From positions 2,850,001 to 2,882,000 of the forward strand of contig NZ_LN831024.1 in the NCBI RefSeq assembly GCF_001457615.1: 32,000 nt of DNA, given 5' to 3'. Of this stretch, positions 22,262 to 30,978 are shown piece after piece (positions within the stretch are counted from its first letter, which is position 1; each line of letters starts with the position of its first letter). The notes beneath the pieces were generated by a model. It was not told where the DNA came from. It was given only the letters and a program-made list of their open reading frames with translations, and ran no database searches. Position numbers and translations under genes: made by a program. This DNA is from Pseudomonas aeruginosa (GTDB lineage: Bacteria > Pseudomonadota > Gammaproteobacteria > Pseudomonadales > Pseudomonadaceae).

Positions 22262-23746
22262 TCACGCCGCTACCGGCGGCGGCAGGTTGGCGACCAGGCG
22301 GATCGACGCGCTGAGTTCCTCGAGCTGGAAGTGCGGCCGGAGGAACACCGTGGCGCGGTAGGCCCCCGGTTTGCCGGCCACCTCGCTGACATCCACCCGC
22401 GCCTCGCGCAGCGGGTACTGCGCCTTGATTTCCTGCGGTGCGTTGTCGTTGATCAGCACGTAGTCGGCGATCCAGTTGTTCAGGTAGGTCTGCACGTTGT
22501 CGCGGGTCATGAAGCTGCCGACCTTGTCGCGCATGATCACCTTCAGGTAGTGGGCGAAGCGCGATGCCGCCAGCACGTACGGCAGCATCGCCGACAGGCG
22601 CGCGTTGGCGTTGGCCTCGTTGGTGTTGTAGAGCCTGGCCTTGTTGGTGGTCTGGCCGCCGAAGAACACCGCCACGTCGCTGTTCTTCTTGTGGCACAGG
22701 GAAATGAAGCCGAGATCGTTGAGTTCCTTCTCGCGGCGGTCGGTGATCGCCACCTCGGTCGGGCACTTCAGCGACAGGTCGCCGGAGCTGGTGCGGAACG
22801 TGTGCGCCGGTAGGCCCTCGACCGCGCCGCCGCCTTCCGCGCCGCGGATCGCCGCGCACCAGCCGTACTTGGCGAAGGCCTCGGTGATGCGCTGCGCCAG
22901 GACCCAGGCGGCGTTGCCCCAGAGGTACTTGGAGTGGTCGGTGCCGTTGACGTCCTCGACATAGTTCATGCCTTCCACCGGTCGCGTCTCCGGGCCGTAG
23001 GGCAGGCGCAAGAGGAAGTTCGGCAGCACCAGCGACACGTAGCGCGAGTCCTCGCTCTCGCGGAAGGCGCGCCACTTGATCAGCTCCAGGCTCTCGAAGA
23101 TCTTGGTCAGGTCGCGTGGCACGGCCAGTTCGGTGAAGCTGTTCATGTCGAACAGGCGTGGGCTGGCGGCGGCGATGAACGGCGCGTGGGCAGCCGCGGC
23201 GACGTTCGACAGCTTCTCCAGCAGGCCGATGTCCTGCGGATGGCGACCGAAGGTGAAGTCGCCGATCAGCAGGCTGAAGGGGTGTCCGCCGAAGGTGCCG
23301 TATTCCTCTTCGTAGATCTTCTTGAACAGTGCGCTCTGGTCGAATTCGACCGCCTTCTCCAGGTCGTTCTGCAGTTCGTTCTTGCCGACGTTCAGCAGGC
23401 GCAGCTTGAGCCGCGCGCTGGTCTCGGTGTTGCTCACCAGTTGGTGCAGGCCGCGCCAGGAGGCTTCCAGCTTCTGCAACTCGGGGTGGTGGATGATCTG
23501 GTTGAGCTGGTCGCTGATCAGCGCATCGATCTGGCTGATGCGGTCGTTGATCATCGCCACGGTGTCCTTGTCGACGGCCATGCCCTCGTCGAGGACCTGG
23601 GTGGCGAATTCCGCGAGCATGTCGCGGGCATAGTCCTGCTGGCTGTCGTCGTGGGCCATGCGGCCCTTGGCGATGATCTCGTCGAGCAGGGACAGGGTCT
23701 GGGTCGAACTCTCGCCGGATTGTTCGGCGGCGGATGACTTGGGCAT
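22262..23746 (-). CDS. tssC3: T6SS contractile sheath large subunit TssC (494 aa)
   Basis: Full-length VipB/TssC-like sequence (...FGGHPFSLLIGDFTFG..., ...RLPYGPETRPVEG..., ...LSAMLPYVLAASRFAHYLKVI...). Confidence 0.97.
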   Translation of the reverse strand: MPKSSAAEQSGESSTQTLSLLDEIIAKGRMAHDDSQQDYARDMLAEFATQVLDEGMAVDKDTVAMINDRISQIDALISDQLNQIIHHPELQKLEASWRGLHQLVSNTETSARLKLRLLNVGKNELQNDLEKAVEFDQSALFKKIYEEEYGTFGGHPFSLLIGDFTFGRHPQDIGLLEKLSNVAAAAHAPFIAAASPRLFDMNSFTELAVPRDLTKIFESLELIKWRAFRESEDSRYVSLVLPNFLLRLPYGPETRPVEGMNYVEDVNGTDHSKYLWGNAAWVLAQRITEAFAKYGWCAAIRGAEGGGAVEGLPAHTFRTSSGDLSLKCPTEVAITDRREKELNDLGFISLCHKKNSDVAVFFGGQTTNKARLYNTNEANANARLSAMLPYVLAASRFAHYLKVIMRDKVGSFMTRDNVQTYLNNWIADYVLINDNAPQEIKAQYPLREARVDVSEVAGKPGAYRATVFLRPHFQLEELSASIRLVANLPPPVAA

Positions 23747-23768
23747 GGCGGCTTCTCCGGGAAGAGGG

Positions 23769-24314
23769 TCAGGCCGGCTGGTCGGCCGGGGGTTCGCTGT
23801 CGCCGGCCGGGGCCGCTTCGGCTTCCGGGCGGGCCGCTTTGATTTCCTGCAGGCCTTCGGTGTTGGCCACCACGTCCTGCAGCAACTGGTCGAGGTCGTC
23901 GTTGCCGTCGAGCTTGGTCAGCAGGTCGCGCAGGCGCTGGCGCGCTTCGAACAGGCGACGCAACGGGACCACCTGCTTCACCAGGTTGACCGGGTCGAAG
24001 TCCTCGATGTGGTTGAAGCGCAGCTCGACGTTCAGCTTGCTGTCGTCGCCGCTGATGGTGTTGTCGACCTGCAGGGTGGCGCGGGGAGAGATGGAGGAGA
24101 GGATCTCGTTGAAGTTGTCGCGGTCGATGTCGACGAAACGCCGTTCGACCAGCTTCGCCGGCGGGGTATCCGGCTTGCCGGAGAGGTCGGCGAGGATGCC
24201 GACCACCAGGGGCAGCTCCTTCTTCTCGATGGCGTTGCCGATCTCGACGTCGTAGGTGATCTGCACGCGCGGCGGGCGCACCCGGTCCAGCTTGTGCTGC
24301 GTACTCTCGGCCAT
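23769..24314 (-). CDS. tssB3: T6SS contractile sheath small subunit TssB (181 aa)
   Basis: The ATG at 24314 gives MAESTQHKLDRVRPPRVQITYDVEIGNAIEKKELPLVVGILADLSG, a canonical VipA/TssB N-terminus. The 46-aa upstream extension in the track is not conserved-looking. Confidence 0.92.
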   Translation of the reverse strand: MAESTQHKLDRVRPPRVQITYDVEIGNAIEKKELPLVVGILADLSGKPDTPPAKLVERRFVDIDRDNFNEILSSISPRATLQVDNTISGDDSKLNVELRFNHIEDFDPVNLVKQVVPLRRLFEARQRLRDLLTKLDGNDDLDQLLQDVVANTEGLQEIKAARPEAEAAPAGDSEPPADQPA

Positions 24315-24522
24315 GGCGGCTGACTCCGATGCAATGGTGGGGGAGCAATGCATCGGGCGGATGCCCTGATCATCGCAGTCCCTTGCTGGATCACAGGCAT
24401 GACAGGGAAAACGGCGCAGAACCTGTCCTTGGCGATCCCTCTGGTCCGTCACTGGCGACGAACTACAAAAGACGCTAGAACAGGTCTATGGATTTGCAAA
24501 ATAAAATTTTCGTTGGACTCCC
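24315..24522. promoter_or_regulatory. Divergent promoter region between the two T6SS operons
   Basis: This 208-bp non-coding gap separates oppositely oriented tssB3 and tssJ3. The proximal part next to tssJ3 (24490-24515) is AT-rich. Confidence 0.8.
24442..24457 (+). promoter_or_regulatory. Weak candidate sigma-54 (-24/-12) promoter for the rightward operon
   Basis: TGGTCC-GTCAC-TGGC compared with the consensus TGGCAC-N5-TTGC. The GG and GC dinucleotides have the correct spacing, and 7 of 10 consensus positions match. It lies about 66 nt upstream of the tssJ3 ATG. Confidence 0.25.
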
Positions 24523-24999
24523 ATGAAGCACGGATGTTTCACCATATGTCGGAAATTCTCCCTGGCGCTGGCGATCCTGGCGCTGGCCGGCTGCTCGTAT
24601 TTCTTCGCGCCGCGGGTCGAGTTGCAGCGGCTGACCCTGGATGTCGCCGCGCGCGCCAACGACGACTCGCCGATCGCCGTGGATTTCGTCGCGGTGAAGG
24701 ATGCGGAGCTGTTCAAGGAACTGGCCGGACTGCCGGCCAGCCAGTGGTTCGCCAATCGCGAGCAGTACCGCCGCGACTACCGGCAGCAGTTCGCGGTATG
24801 GAGCCTGGAGCTGGTCCCGGGGCAGTTCATCGAGTCGGAGTCCTTCCCCTTGCGCGGCGACCGCGCAACTGGACTTTTGGTCTTCGCCGGCTATAACACA
24901 CCCGGCGCGCACCGCTTGCGCCTCGACCAGCAGCAGCGCGTCTGGCTGCGTCTGGATACCCGGGAAATGCGACTGGTCAACGATCCCGCCACGCGTTAG
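24523..24999 (+). CDS. tssJ3: T6SS outer-membrane lipoprotein TssJ (158 aa)
   Basis: Lipoprotein signal with lipobox LALAGC-S (MKHGCFTICRKFSLALAILALAGCSYF). It has the size and position of TssJ/Lip. Confidence 0.85.
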   Translation: MKHGCFTICRKFSLALAILALAGCSYFFAPRVELQRLTLDVAARANDDSPIAVDFVAVKDAELFKELAGLPASQWFANREQYRRDYRQQFAVWSLELVPGQFIESESFPLRGDRATGLLVFAGYNTPGAHRLRLDQQQRVWLRLDTREMRLVNDPATR

Positions 25000-25058
25000 C
25001 GGAGGGGCAGGCGAGCGACCGTCGTGCACGACAACGTAGGACGTCGAAGGGGAGTCGT

Positions 25059-26390
25059 ATGAGTGTTCTGCCTGACGCGGTGTGCTGGCACGAAGGGATG
25101 CAACTGCTTCCCCAGCATTTCCAGTTGCAGGGATTGCGTGCCGAGGCGCTGGCGGCGCGCATAGGACAGGCCTGCAACCCTTGGTTCTGGGGAGTGACCG
25201 CCCTGGAACTGGACCCCTCGGCGTTGTGCGCCGGCCAAGTGCGGGTCCTGCACCTCGAAGCGATCCTGCCCGACGGCCTGCCGGTGAGCGTGCAGGCTGG
25301 TGTCGACGCGCCGCTGGAGTTCGATCTGGAGACAGCGCTGGCGGCCGCCGAAGGGCCGCTGCTGAACGTCCACCTGGCGGTCAGTCCGCTGTGGCGGGCG
25401 GGTCAGTTGCTGCCGCTGAAGGGCCGTCTGCAATCGCGGGTCGGCGCGCCGCTGCCGGACCTGGCCAGCGGCGAGCACCCCGAGCCGATCACCGTCTGGC
25501 GAGCGTCGCTGCGGCTGGTCGGCGACGACGGCAAGGCCGACTCCGTGTGCCTGCCGTTGCTGCGCGTGGCGAAGGAGGGCGGCGCCTATGTCAGCCTGCC
25601 CTACGTCCCGCCGACGCCACTGATCCTGCCGGAGTCGCCCCTGGGCAGACGCGTGCAGTCGCTTTGCGCGCGGGCCCGGGAGAAGGCGCTGTTCCTCGGC
25701 GGGCGCCTGCGCCTGGCGCAGCAGGCGGGCAACCAGGACGACGCGGTGGAAATCCGTCGCCAGCTTGCCGCGCTCTGGACCCGCCTGCCGGAGGTCGAAG
25801 GCCTGCTGGCAAGCCGTACGGCCTCGCCGCTGGCCCTGCACGGCAGCCTGCTGGGCCTGGCCGGTGCCTGGGCGGCGCTCGATCCGCTGGCCGGCGTGCC
25901 GGCCTTCGAAGCGCTCGACTTCCTCGACCTGCGGCGTGGCTACGAGCCGCTGCTGGACTGGCTGGAGCGGGCCATCGAGTCGATCCGCGCGGGCTACCGC
26001 TGCCTGCCGTTCGAGCAGGAGGAACAGGTATTTTCCGTGCGCCTGCCCGATCCGGCGCCGCGTCAGCGCCTGGTGGTCGGCCTGCGGATGCCCGCCGGCG
26101 CCGGCGAACAGGCGGCGGCTGACTGGCTGGAGCGCGCCATCGTCGCCTCCGACCCGCACCTGCCGTTGCTCGCCCGGCAACGCATGAGCGGGCTGCCGCG
26201 GCAGCCGATGAATCGCCAGGAACAGGTGGCCTACAGCGTTGGCGACGACACCCGTTTGTTCGTCGTGCAGGGTGCCGGCGACTGGTTCGATGCCGGCCAG
26301 CCGCTGCGCATCGTCGCGCCGGTCAGCGGGGTCGCCAGCAGTCCCTGGCAGATCGTGCTGTTCGTCGCCGACGGCAGCGACAACACCTAG
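25059..26390 (+). CDS. tssK3: T6SS baseplate protein TssK (443 aa)
   Basis: The N-terminus VCWHEGMQLLPQHFQLQGLRAEAL is the characteristic TssK signature. AAGGGGAG SD lies upstream. Confidence 0.9.
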   Translation: MSVLPDAVCWHEGMQLLPQHFQLQGLRAEALAARIGQACNPWFWGVTALELDPSALCAGQVRVLHLEAILPDGLPVSVQAGVDAPLEFDLETALAAAEGPLLNVHLAVSPLWRAGQLLPLKGRLQSRVGAPLPDLASGEHPEPITVWRASLRLVGDDGKADSVCLPLLRVAKEGGAYVSLPYVPPTPLILPESPLGRRVQSLCARAREKALFLGGRLRLAQQAGNQDDAVEIRRQLAALWTRLPEVEGLLASRTASPLALHGSLLGLAGAWAALDPLAGVPAFEALDFLDLRRGYEPLLDWLERAIESIRAGYRCLPFEQEEQVFSVRLPDPAPRQRLVVGLRMPAGAGEQAAADWLERAIVASDPHLPLLARQRMSGLPRQPMNRQEQVAYSVGDDTRLFVVQGAGDWFDAGQPLRIVAPVSGVASSPWQIVLFVADGSDNT

Positions 26391-26407
26391 ACAGGAAGGA
26401 GCCGCCA

Positions 26408-27166
26408 ATGCCCGAAGGGAGTGCAGGGCCTTTTTCCCAGGCGTACCAGGAGCAGCCGCTCAGCACGGCATTCCGCCAGGCCTGGCAGGAATGGCTGGAG
26501 GCCTGGGGCGCCCTCGACCGGGACGCCCAGGATGTGCCACGGATGGTCGAGCGCGCCCTCGAACTGTCCACCCGCATCACCCGGCGTCTGTGGCGCAGCG
26601 CCTTCGCCAGCGTCGGCGACGCGGCGGGCGTGCAGGTCAAGGCGATGGTCTATGCCTTCGTCGCCCTGGTCGACGAGACCCTGGTCTTCAGCGCCTGGCC
26701 GGGGCAGGGCGCCTGGCAGGACAAACCGCTGGAGTCGCATCTCTACGGCAGTCGCCAGGCGGGCGAATACCTGCCGCTGGCGATCAAGCGCCTGCTCGAC
26801 GAACGCGCCCCGGCCAGTCGCGACCTGGCCAACGTCTACCTGCAATGCCTGATCCTCGGCTTCCGCGGTCGCCTGCGCGGGCCGCGCGGCGAGGCGCTGC
26901 ACGAGAAGTGGCGGCAGGCGTTGTTCGCCTTCGCCTGGCAGCGCGAGGCGGACGCCGCCGACCTCGGCCGTCGCCTTGAGCAGCCCGCCGCTGCGCCGCC
27001 ACGGCGTCTGCCGGTGCGCGCAGCGCTGCCGGACGGCTTCCGCCTGGGCCTGGCGGTGCTCGGGCTGGTGCTGTTGATGAGCGGTATCGGACACCTGTTC
27101 TGGCGCGACATCCAGCACGAAATGGCGGCGGTGACCCACCTGGCCGATGCGGAGCAGGCGCCATGA
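26408..27166 (+). CDS. tssL3: T6SS membrane-complex protein TssL (DotU family, 252 aa), no peptidoglycan-binding extension
   Basis: The DotU core reads YAFVALVDETLVF...DLANVYLQCLILGFRGRL. A single C-terminal TM (LGLAVLGLVLLMSGIGHLFW) is present. AAGGAG SD lies upstream. Confidence 0.88.
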   Translation: MPEGSAGPFSQAYQEQPLSTAFRQAWQEWLEAWGALDRDAQDVPRMVERALELSTRITRRLWRSAFASVGDAAGVQVKAMVYAFVALVDETLVFSAWPGQGAWQDKPLESHLYGSRQAGEYLPLAIKRLLDERAPASRDLANVYLQCLILGFRGRLRGPRGEALHEKWRQALFAFAWQREADAADLGRRLEQPAAAPPRRLPVRAALPDGFRLGLAVLGLVLLMSGIGHLFWRDIQHEMAAVTHLADAEQAP

Positions 27167-30100
27167 GCGGCGCGACCCTGTTCATGCTGGTTCTCCTCCT
27201 GGTGCTGCTGGCGCTGCTGCTGGGGGCGCTGGGCTGGTGGTGGCGAACCCGCGGTGGTACGGAGATCCGCAGCTTCTACGCGGCGGTCCGGCAGATGGAG
27301 CGCGAGCAGGGCTGGCAGGGCCGCTACGAAGCGCCGTGGCTGCTGATGCTCGGCAACGAGACCGAGGGCGAGCAGTTGTGCGCCACCTGGCGCCTGCTGC
27401 CGGTGGCGCGCCCGGCCTGGTTCGGCCGCTGGTGGTCGGACGGCGAGGGGGCGATCCTGCTGGTGCCCGAGTCGGTGTTCCTGCCCGACGAGGGCCTGCG
27501 CCGGCAAAGCGGCGCCTGGCTGCGCCTGTTGCGTCTGTTCCTGCGCCTGCGCGGCAGGCGCGCGCTGGACGGAGTGGTCTGGAACATTCCGCTGGCGCGG
27601 CTGCAGGATGGCGAGCAGGCGGCCAACCTCGGCCTCGCCGCGCGCCGTCGCTACGTGGAACTGACCCAGCGCCTTGGCCTGAGCCTGCCGGTTTACGTGG
27701 TGATCACTGGCATGGAAGACCTGCCTGGCTTCCAGGAACTTCTCGCGGCGCTGCCCGAGGAGGCGCGCGAGCGCGCCCTCGGCTGGTCCTCGCCGTTCGC
27801 CGCCGAAGCGGCCTGGCAGTCGCGCTGGTGCGAGCAGGCGCTGGAGGAAATCACCGCCACCCTGACCGAGTCGATCGTCGAACTCGGTACCTTGCGCGGC
27901 CAGGTGGACAATGAGCTGTATTGCCTGCCGCCACGCCTGGAAAGCCTCCGCGGTTCGTTGCAGGCGCTGCTCGAACCGGTCTTCCAGGGCAACGCCAGGG
28001 GCGAGGCGCCGCGCTTTCGCGGTCTCTACCTGAGCGGCAGCGAGGCGGCGGGCGCGGCAGCCGACGAAGTCCTGCCGGCGGTCGACGCGCCGCGTCGGCG
28101 CAGCAGCTTCGCCAGCCAACTGTGGGCACGGCGGATCCTTGCCGAGGAAGGCCTGGCCCAGGCGGTGCCGCGCATCCTCCAGCTGCGTCAGCGCTGGCAG
28201 CGCGGCATCGGCCTCGCCGCGTTGTGCCTGTGCCTGCTCTGGGGCGGCCTGATGACCTGGGTCTGGCGCGACGCGCTGCGCGACGCCGGTGAACTGTCGC
28301 AACTGCTGCATGGCGCCAGTGAGCGCTACCAGCCGCTCGACGACGACACTCGGCGCGCCGCCCAGGTCCGGCAGAACGTCCAGGCCTGGTGGCAACTGGT
28401 GTCACAGGCGCCGCGCTGGCGCTTCACTTCGCTGGCGTTTCCCAGTTCCTGGTTTTCCTCCCTGGATGCACGTATCGACAACGCGTATCGCCGCGTTTCC
28501 GAGCGCCTGCTGGTGCGACCGCTGCGCAGCCTGCTGGAAGGCGAGGCGAGCGACCTGCGGGCGATCCGCAGCGATGGCCAACCCGGCCTGAAGGAGGGCG
28601 ACGACCCCAGCCAGTGGAAGGACTACCTGGCGGCGAAGGACCTGGTCGCCCGCGCCACTACGCTGGAGCGCCACAATCGCTTGTTCGCCCAGGCCATCGA
28701 CAACCGCAGGACGCCGCTCGACGACCTTCTGCAACTGAGTAACGATGCCCTGGGCAGCAGCTACAACGCCGGCAGCCTGGCGCGCCTGGCCTATTACAAC
28801 CGCACGCTGTTCGCCGAGCGTCCGGCCGATCTCGCCGCCCTCGACCTGGGCCGGGTCGCCGCCACGGCGGCGGATAACTTCCATGACCTGATGGCACGCT
28901 GGCTGAACGCCTACTTCCTCACCGACAGCCTGGAACGCACCGGCAATGCCCTGACCCAGGAACTCGCGCAGCTCGGCCAGGAACGAGACGCCACGGCGGC
29001 CCAGTTGCTGGGGATCGGCGAATTGATCAACCACCTGCAGCAACAGGTCAACCGCATCAACCTGATCTGGGGCAATGGCGTCGGCCAGGATCTCGTCCCT
29101 GGCTACCAGAACCTGCTCAAGAGCGCCCAGCAAAGCAGCTTGCTGGGAAACCGCGTGGAGGAACTGCAGAACCTCACCGTGCAGTTGCAGCAGCAGTTTC
29201 GCAGCGAATGGATCGCGCCTCCGGAGGCTGCCGGCGACGGCCTGCTGGTGAAACAGGGGGCGACGCTCAAGCTGGCCGATGACCTGCTCGGTCTGAAACG
29301 CGCCATCGATGACCTGAAGACCAAGGACTTCGTCTCCGTGGCCCTGGCGGACAAGACACTGGCGGACCACTCCTTGCTGAGCATCGACGATATCGGCGTG
29401 ACTCAGGCGTTGAGCTTCTTCAACGACTTCACCGGCTACTACGAGAGCACCCTGCCATCGCTCAACCCGCGCTATCGCTATTCGGTCCTGCACGCCGCCG
29501 CCAGCGCGGCGACCGAGGCCATGTGGCAAAGCCTCGGGCCGCGCAGTCGTAGCCTGGCCAGTCGCAATGCCTCGCGTTTCGACGTGCAGGTCAAGCAGGT
29601 CCAGGTGTTGCAGGCGGCGCTGCTGGAGTTGCAGGACCTGCAGGCCGGCGCGCGCCTGCTGCTCAGCCTCAACGCGCTGGCCGTGGCCGATATCGGCCAG
29701 GCCCTGCGCGACATCGACGAGCAGGCGGTGCTGCGCGAGCCGGTCGATTTCAGCCGCTGGTCGGGCGCGCCGAATTTCGGCCTGCAGATGTTCCGCGCCC
29801 AGGACAGTGCCGAGCTGAAGCAAAGCCTGAACAGCCAGTTCAATGCCATGGCGGCCGTCGCCGAACGCCACGCCCCGGCGCTGGAGTGGTTGCAGGCGCA
29901 GCAATCCAGCCTGGCCACCGCCGACTACAACGCGTTCGTGCGCTTCAGCGCGCTCAACGCCGAACTGCGGAAATTCAAGGCCGACAACCCGGCGAGCACC
30001 GCGGCGCAGTTGGCGAAGCTGGTGGGTAACGATTTCAACCAGATGGACATCGGCAGTTGCGCCGACATTCTCAACGGCGTGCTCCTGCCGTCCAGCCGCA

Positions 30101-30978
30101 GCGACCTGGCGACGCGCCTGGTGGACCTGCGCCAGGGCGCGCTCGGGCGCTGCCAGTCGTTGCAACAGCAGCAGGCGGCGCAGGCCTGGAAGGACCTCGC
30201 CGACTACTTCAACCAGTACCTCGCCGGACGCTTCCCGTTCGCCTACAGCCTGGAAGCGGCCGATGCCGAGCCGGGGCGGGTGCGGCACCTGCTGAAACTG
30301 ATGGAGACGCGCTTGCCGCAGGTGCGCGAAGGGCTGGCCCAGGTTCGCTCGCCGGACCTGCCGGCCGCCGAGGACTTCGTCCGCCGCCTGGAGCAGGCGC
30401 AGCGCTGGCTCGGCCCGCTGTTCGAGCGCGACAAGTCGGGCCTGCTCGGCGTCGCCCTGGACATCGACTGGCGCAGCGACCGCAGCCTGGAACGCGGCGC
30501 CGACCAGGTGATCGCCTGGAGCCTGTACTCGGGCGACCAGGAAAGCCGTTTCCCCGGCGCGCAGGACAAGGGCCTGACCTGGAATGTCGGCGATCCGCTG
30601 AAAATCATGCTGCGCTGGGCGAAGAACGGCTCGCAGCGTCCGGCAGACGACCCGCGCCAGGCCAGCCTGGCGGTGGCCGACCTCGAGGCCGGCTGGAGCT
30701 ACCAGGGCTCCTGGGCGCTGTTGCGCATGATGCGCGCGCACTTCTCCCGGCAGCGCCCGCCGAACGTCGACTACACGGAGTTTCCGCTGGTCCTGCAACT
30801 GCCGGTGTATGCGCCCTACAGCCCGGAAAACGAGGCGCGGATGTTCCTCCGCCTGTCGTTGATGAGCCTGGGCGGCAAGACCCCGCTGTCCATCCAACCG
30901 CTTCCGGTGCGCGCGCCGCAATCGCCGTTCGCGACGCTGTTGCCGGCCACCGTCGCCAGCACCGGAGGTACCCCATGA
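27163..30978 (+). CDS. tssM3: T6SS membrane-complex protein TssM (IcmF family, 1271 aa)
   Basis: The start ATG overlaps the tssL3 stop (ATGA). An N-terminal TM is followed by a cytoplasmic NTPase-like domain, a second TM (GIGLAALCLCLLWGGLMTWVW) and a long periplasmic IcmF-type domain. Confidence 0.92.
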   Translation: MSGATLFMLVLLLVLLALLLGALGWWWRTRGGTEIRSFYAAVRQMEREQGWQGRYEAPWLLMLGNETEGEQLCATWRLLPVARPAWFGRWWSDGEGAILLVPESVFLPDEGLRRQSGAWLRLLRLFLRLRGRRALDGVVWNIPLARLQDGEQAANLGLAARRRYVELTQRLGLSLPVYVVITGMEDLPGFQELLAALPEEARERALGWSSPFAAEAAWQSRWCEQALEEITATLTESIVELGTLRGQVDNELYCLPPRLESLRGSLQALLEPVFQGNARGEAPRFRGLYLSGSEAAGAAADEVLPAVDAPRRRSSFASQLWARRILAEEGLAQAVPRILQLRQRWQRGIGLAALCLCLLWGGLMTWVWRDALRDAGELSQLLHGASERYQPLDDDTRRAAQVRQNVQAWWQLVSQAPRWRFTSLAFPSSWFSSLDARIDNAYRRVSERLLVRPLRSLLEGEASDLRAIRSDGQPGLKEGDDPSQWKDYLAAKDLVARATTLERHNRLFAQAIDNRRTPLDDLLQLSNDALGSSYNAGSLARLAYYNRTLFAERPADLAALDLGRVAATAADNFHDLMARWLNAYFLTDSLERTGNALTQELAQLGQERDATAAQLLGIGELINHLQQQVNRINLIWGNGVGQDLVPGYQNLLKSAQQSSLLGNRVEELQNLTVQLQQQFRSEWIAPPEAAGDGLLVKQGATLKLADDLLGLKRAIDDLKTKDFVSVALADKTLADHSLLSIDDIGVTQALSFFNDFTGYYESTLPSLNPRYRYSVLHAAASAATEAMWQSLGPRSRSLASRNASRFDVQVKQVQVLQAALLELQDLQAGARLLLSLNALAVADIGQALRDIDEQAVLREPVDFSRWSGAPNFGLQMFRAQDSAELKQSLNSQFNAMAAVAERHAPALEWLQAQQSSLATADYNAFVRFSALNAELRKFKADNPASTAAQLAKLVGNDFNQMDIGSCADILNGVLLPSSRSDLATRLVDLRQGALGRCQSLQQQQAAQAWKDLADYFNQYLAGRFPFAYSLEAADAEPGRVRHLLKLMETRLPQVREGLAQVRSPDLPAAEDFVRRLEQAQRWLGPLFERDKSGLLGVALDIDWRSDRSLERGADQVIAWSLYSGDQESRFPGAQDKGLTWNVGDPLKIMLRWAKNGSQRPADDPRQASLAVADLEAGWSYQGSWALLRMMRAHFSRQRPPNVDYTEFPLVLQLPVYAPYSPENEARMFLRLSLMSLGGKTPLSIQPLPVRAPQSPFATLLPATVASTGGTP

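Noticed and set aside
24483-24499. A second sigma-54 candidate, CAGGTCTATGGATTTGCAA, with a good -12 TTGCA.
   Set aside because: The GG-to-GC spacing is one base too long (12 instead of 11). Sigma-54 promoters tolerate almost no spacing change, and the nearer GG at 24490-24491 is far too close.
25021-25032. A 12-bp perfect palindrome GTCGTGCACGAC between tssJ3 and tssK3.
   Set aside because: It is short, has no spacer and lies within a 59-nt intra-operon gap. It is compatible with chance, and I cannot tie it to any known motif.
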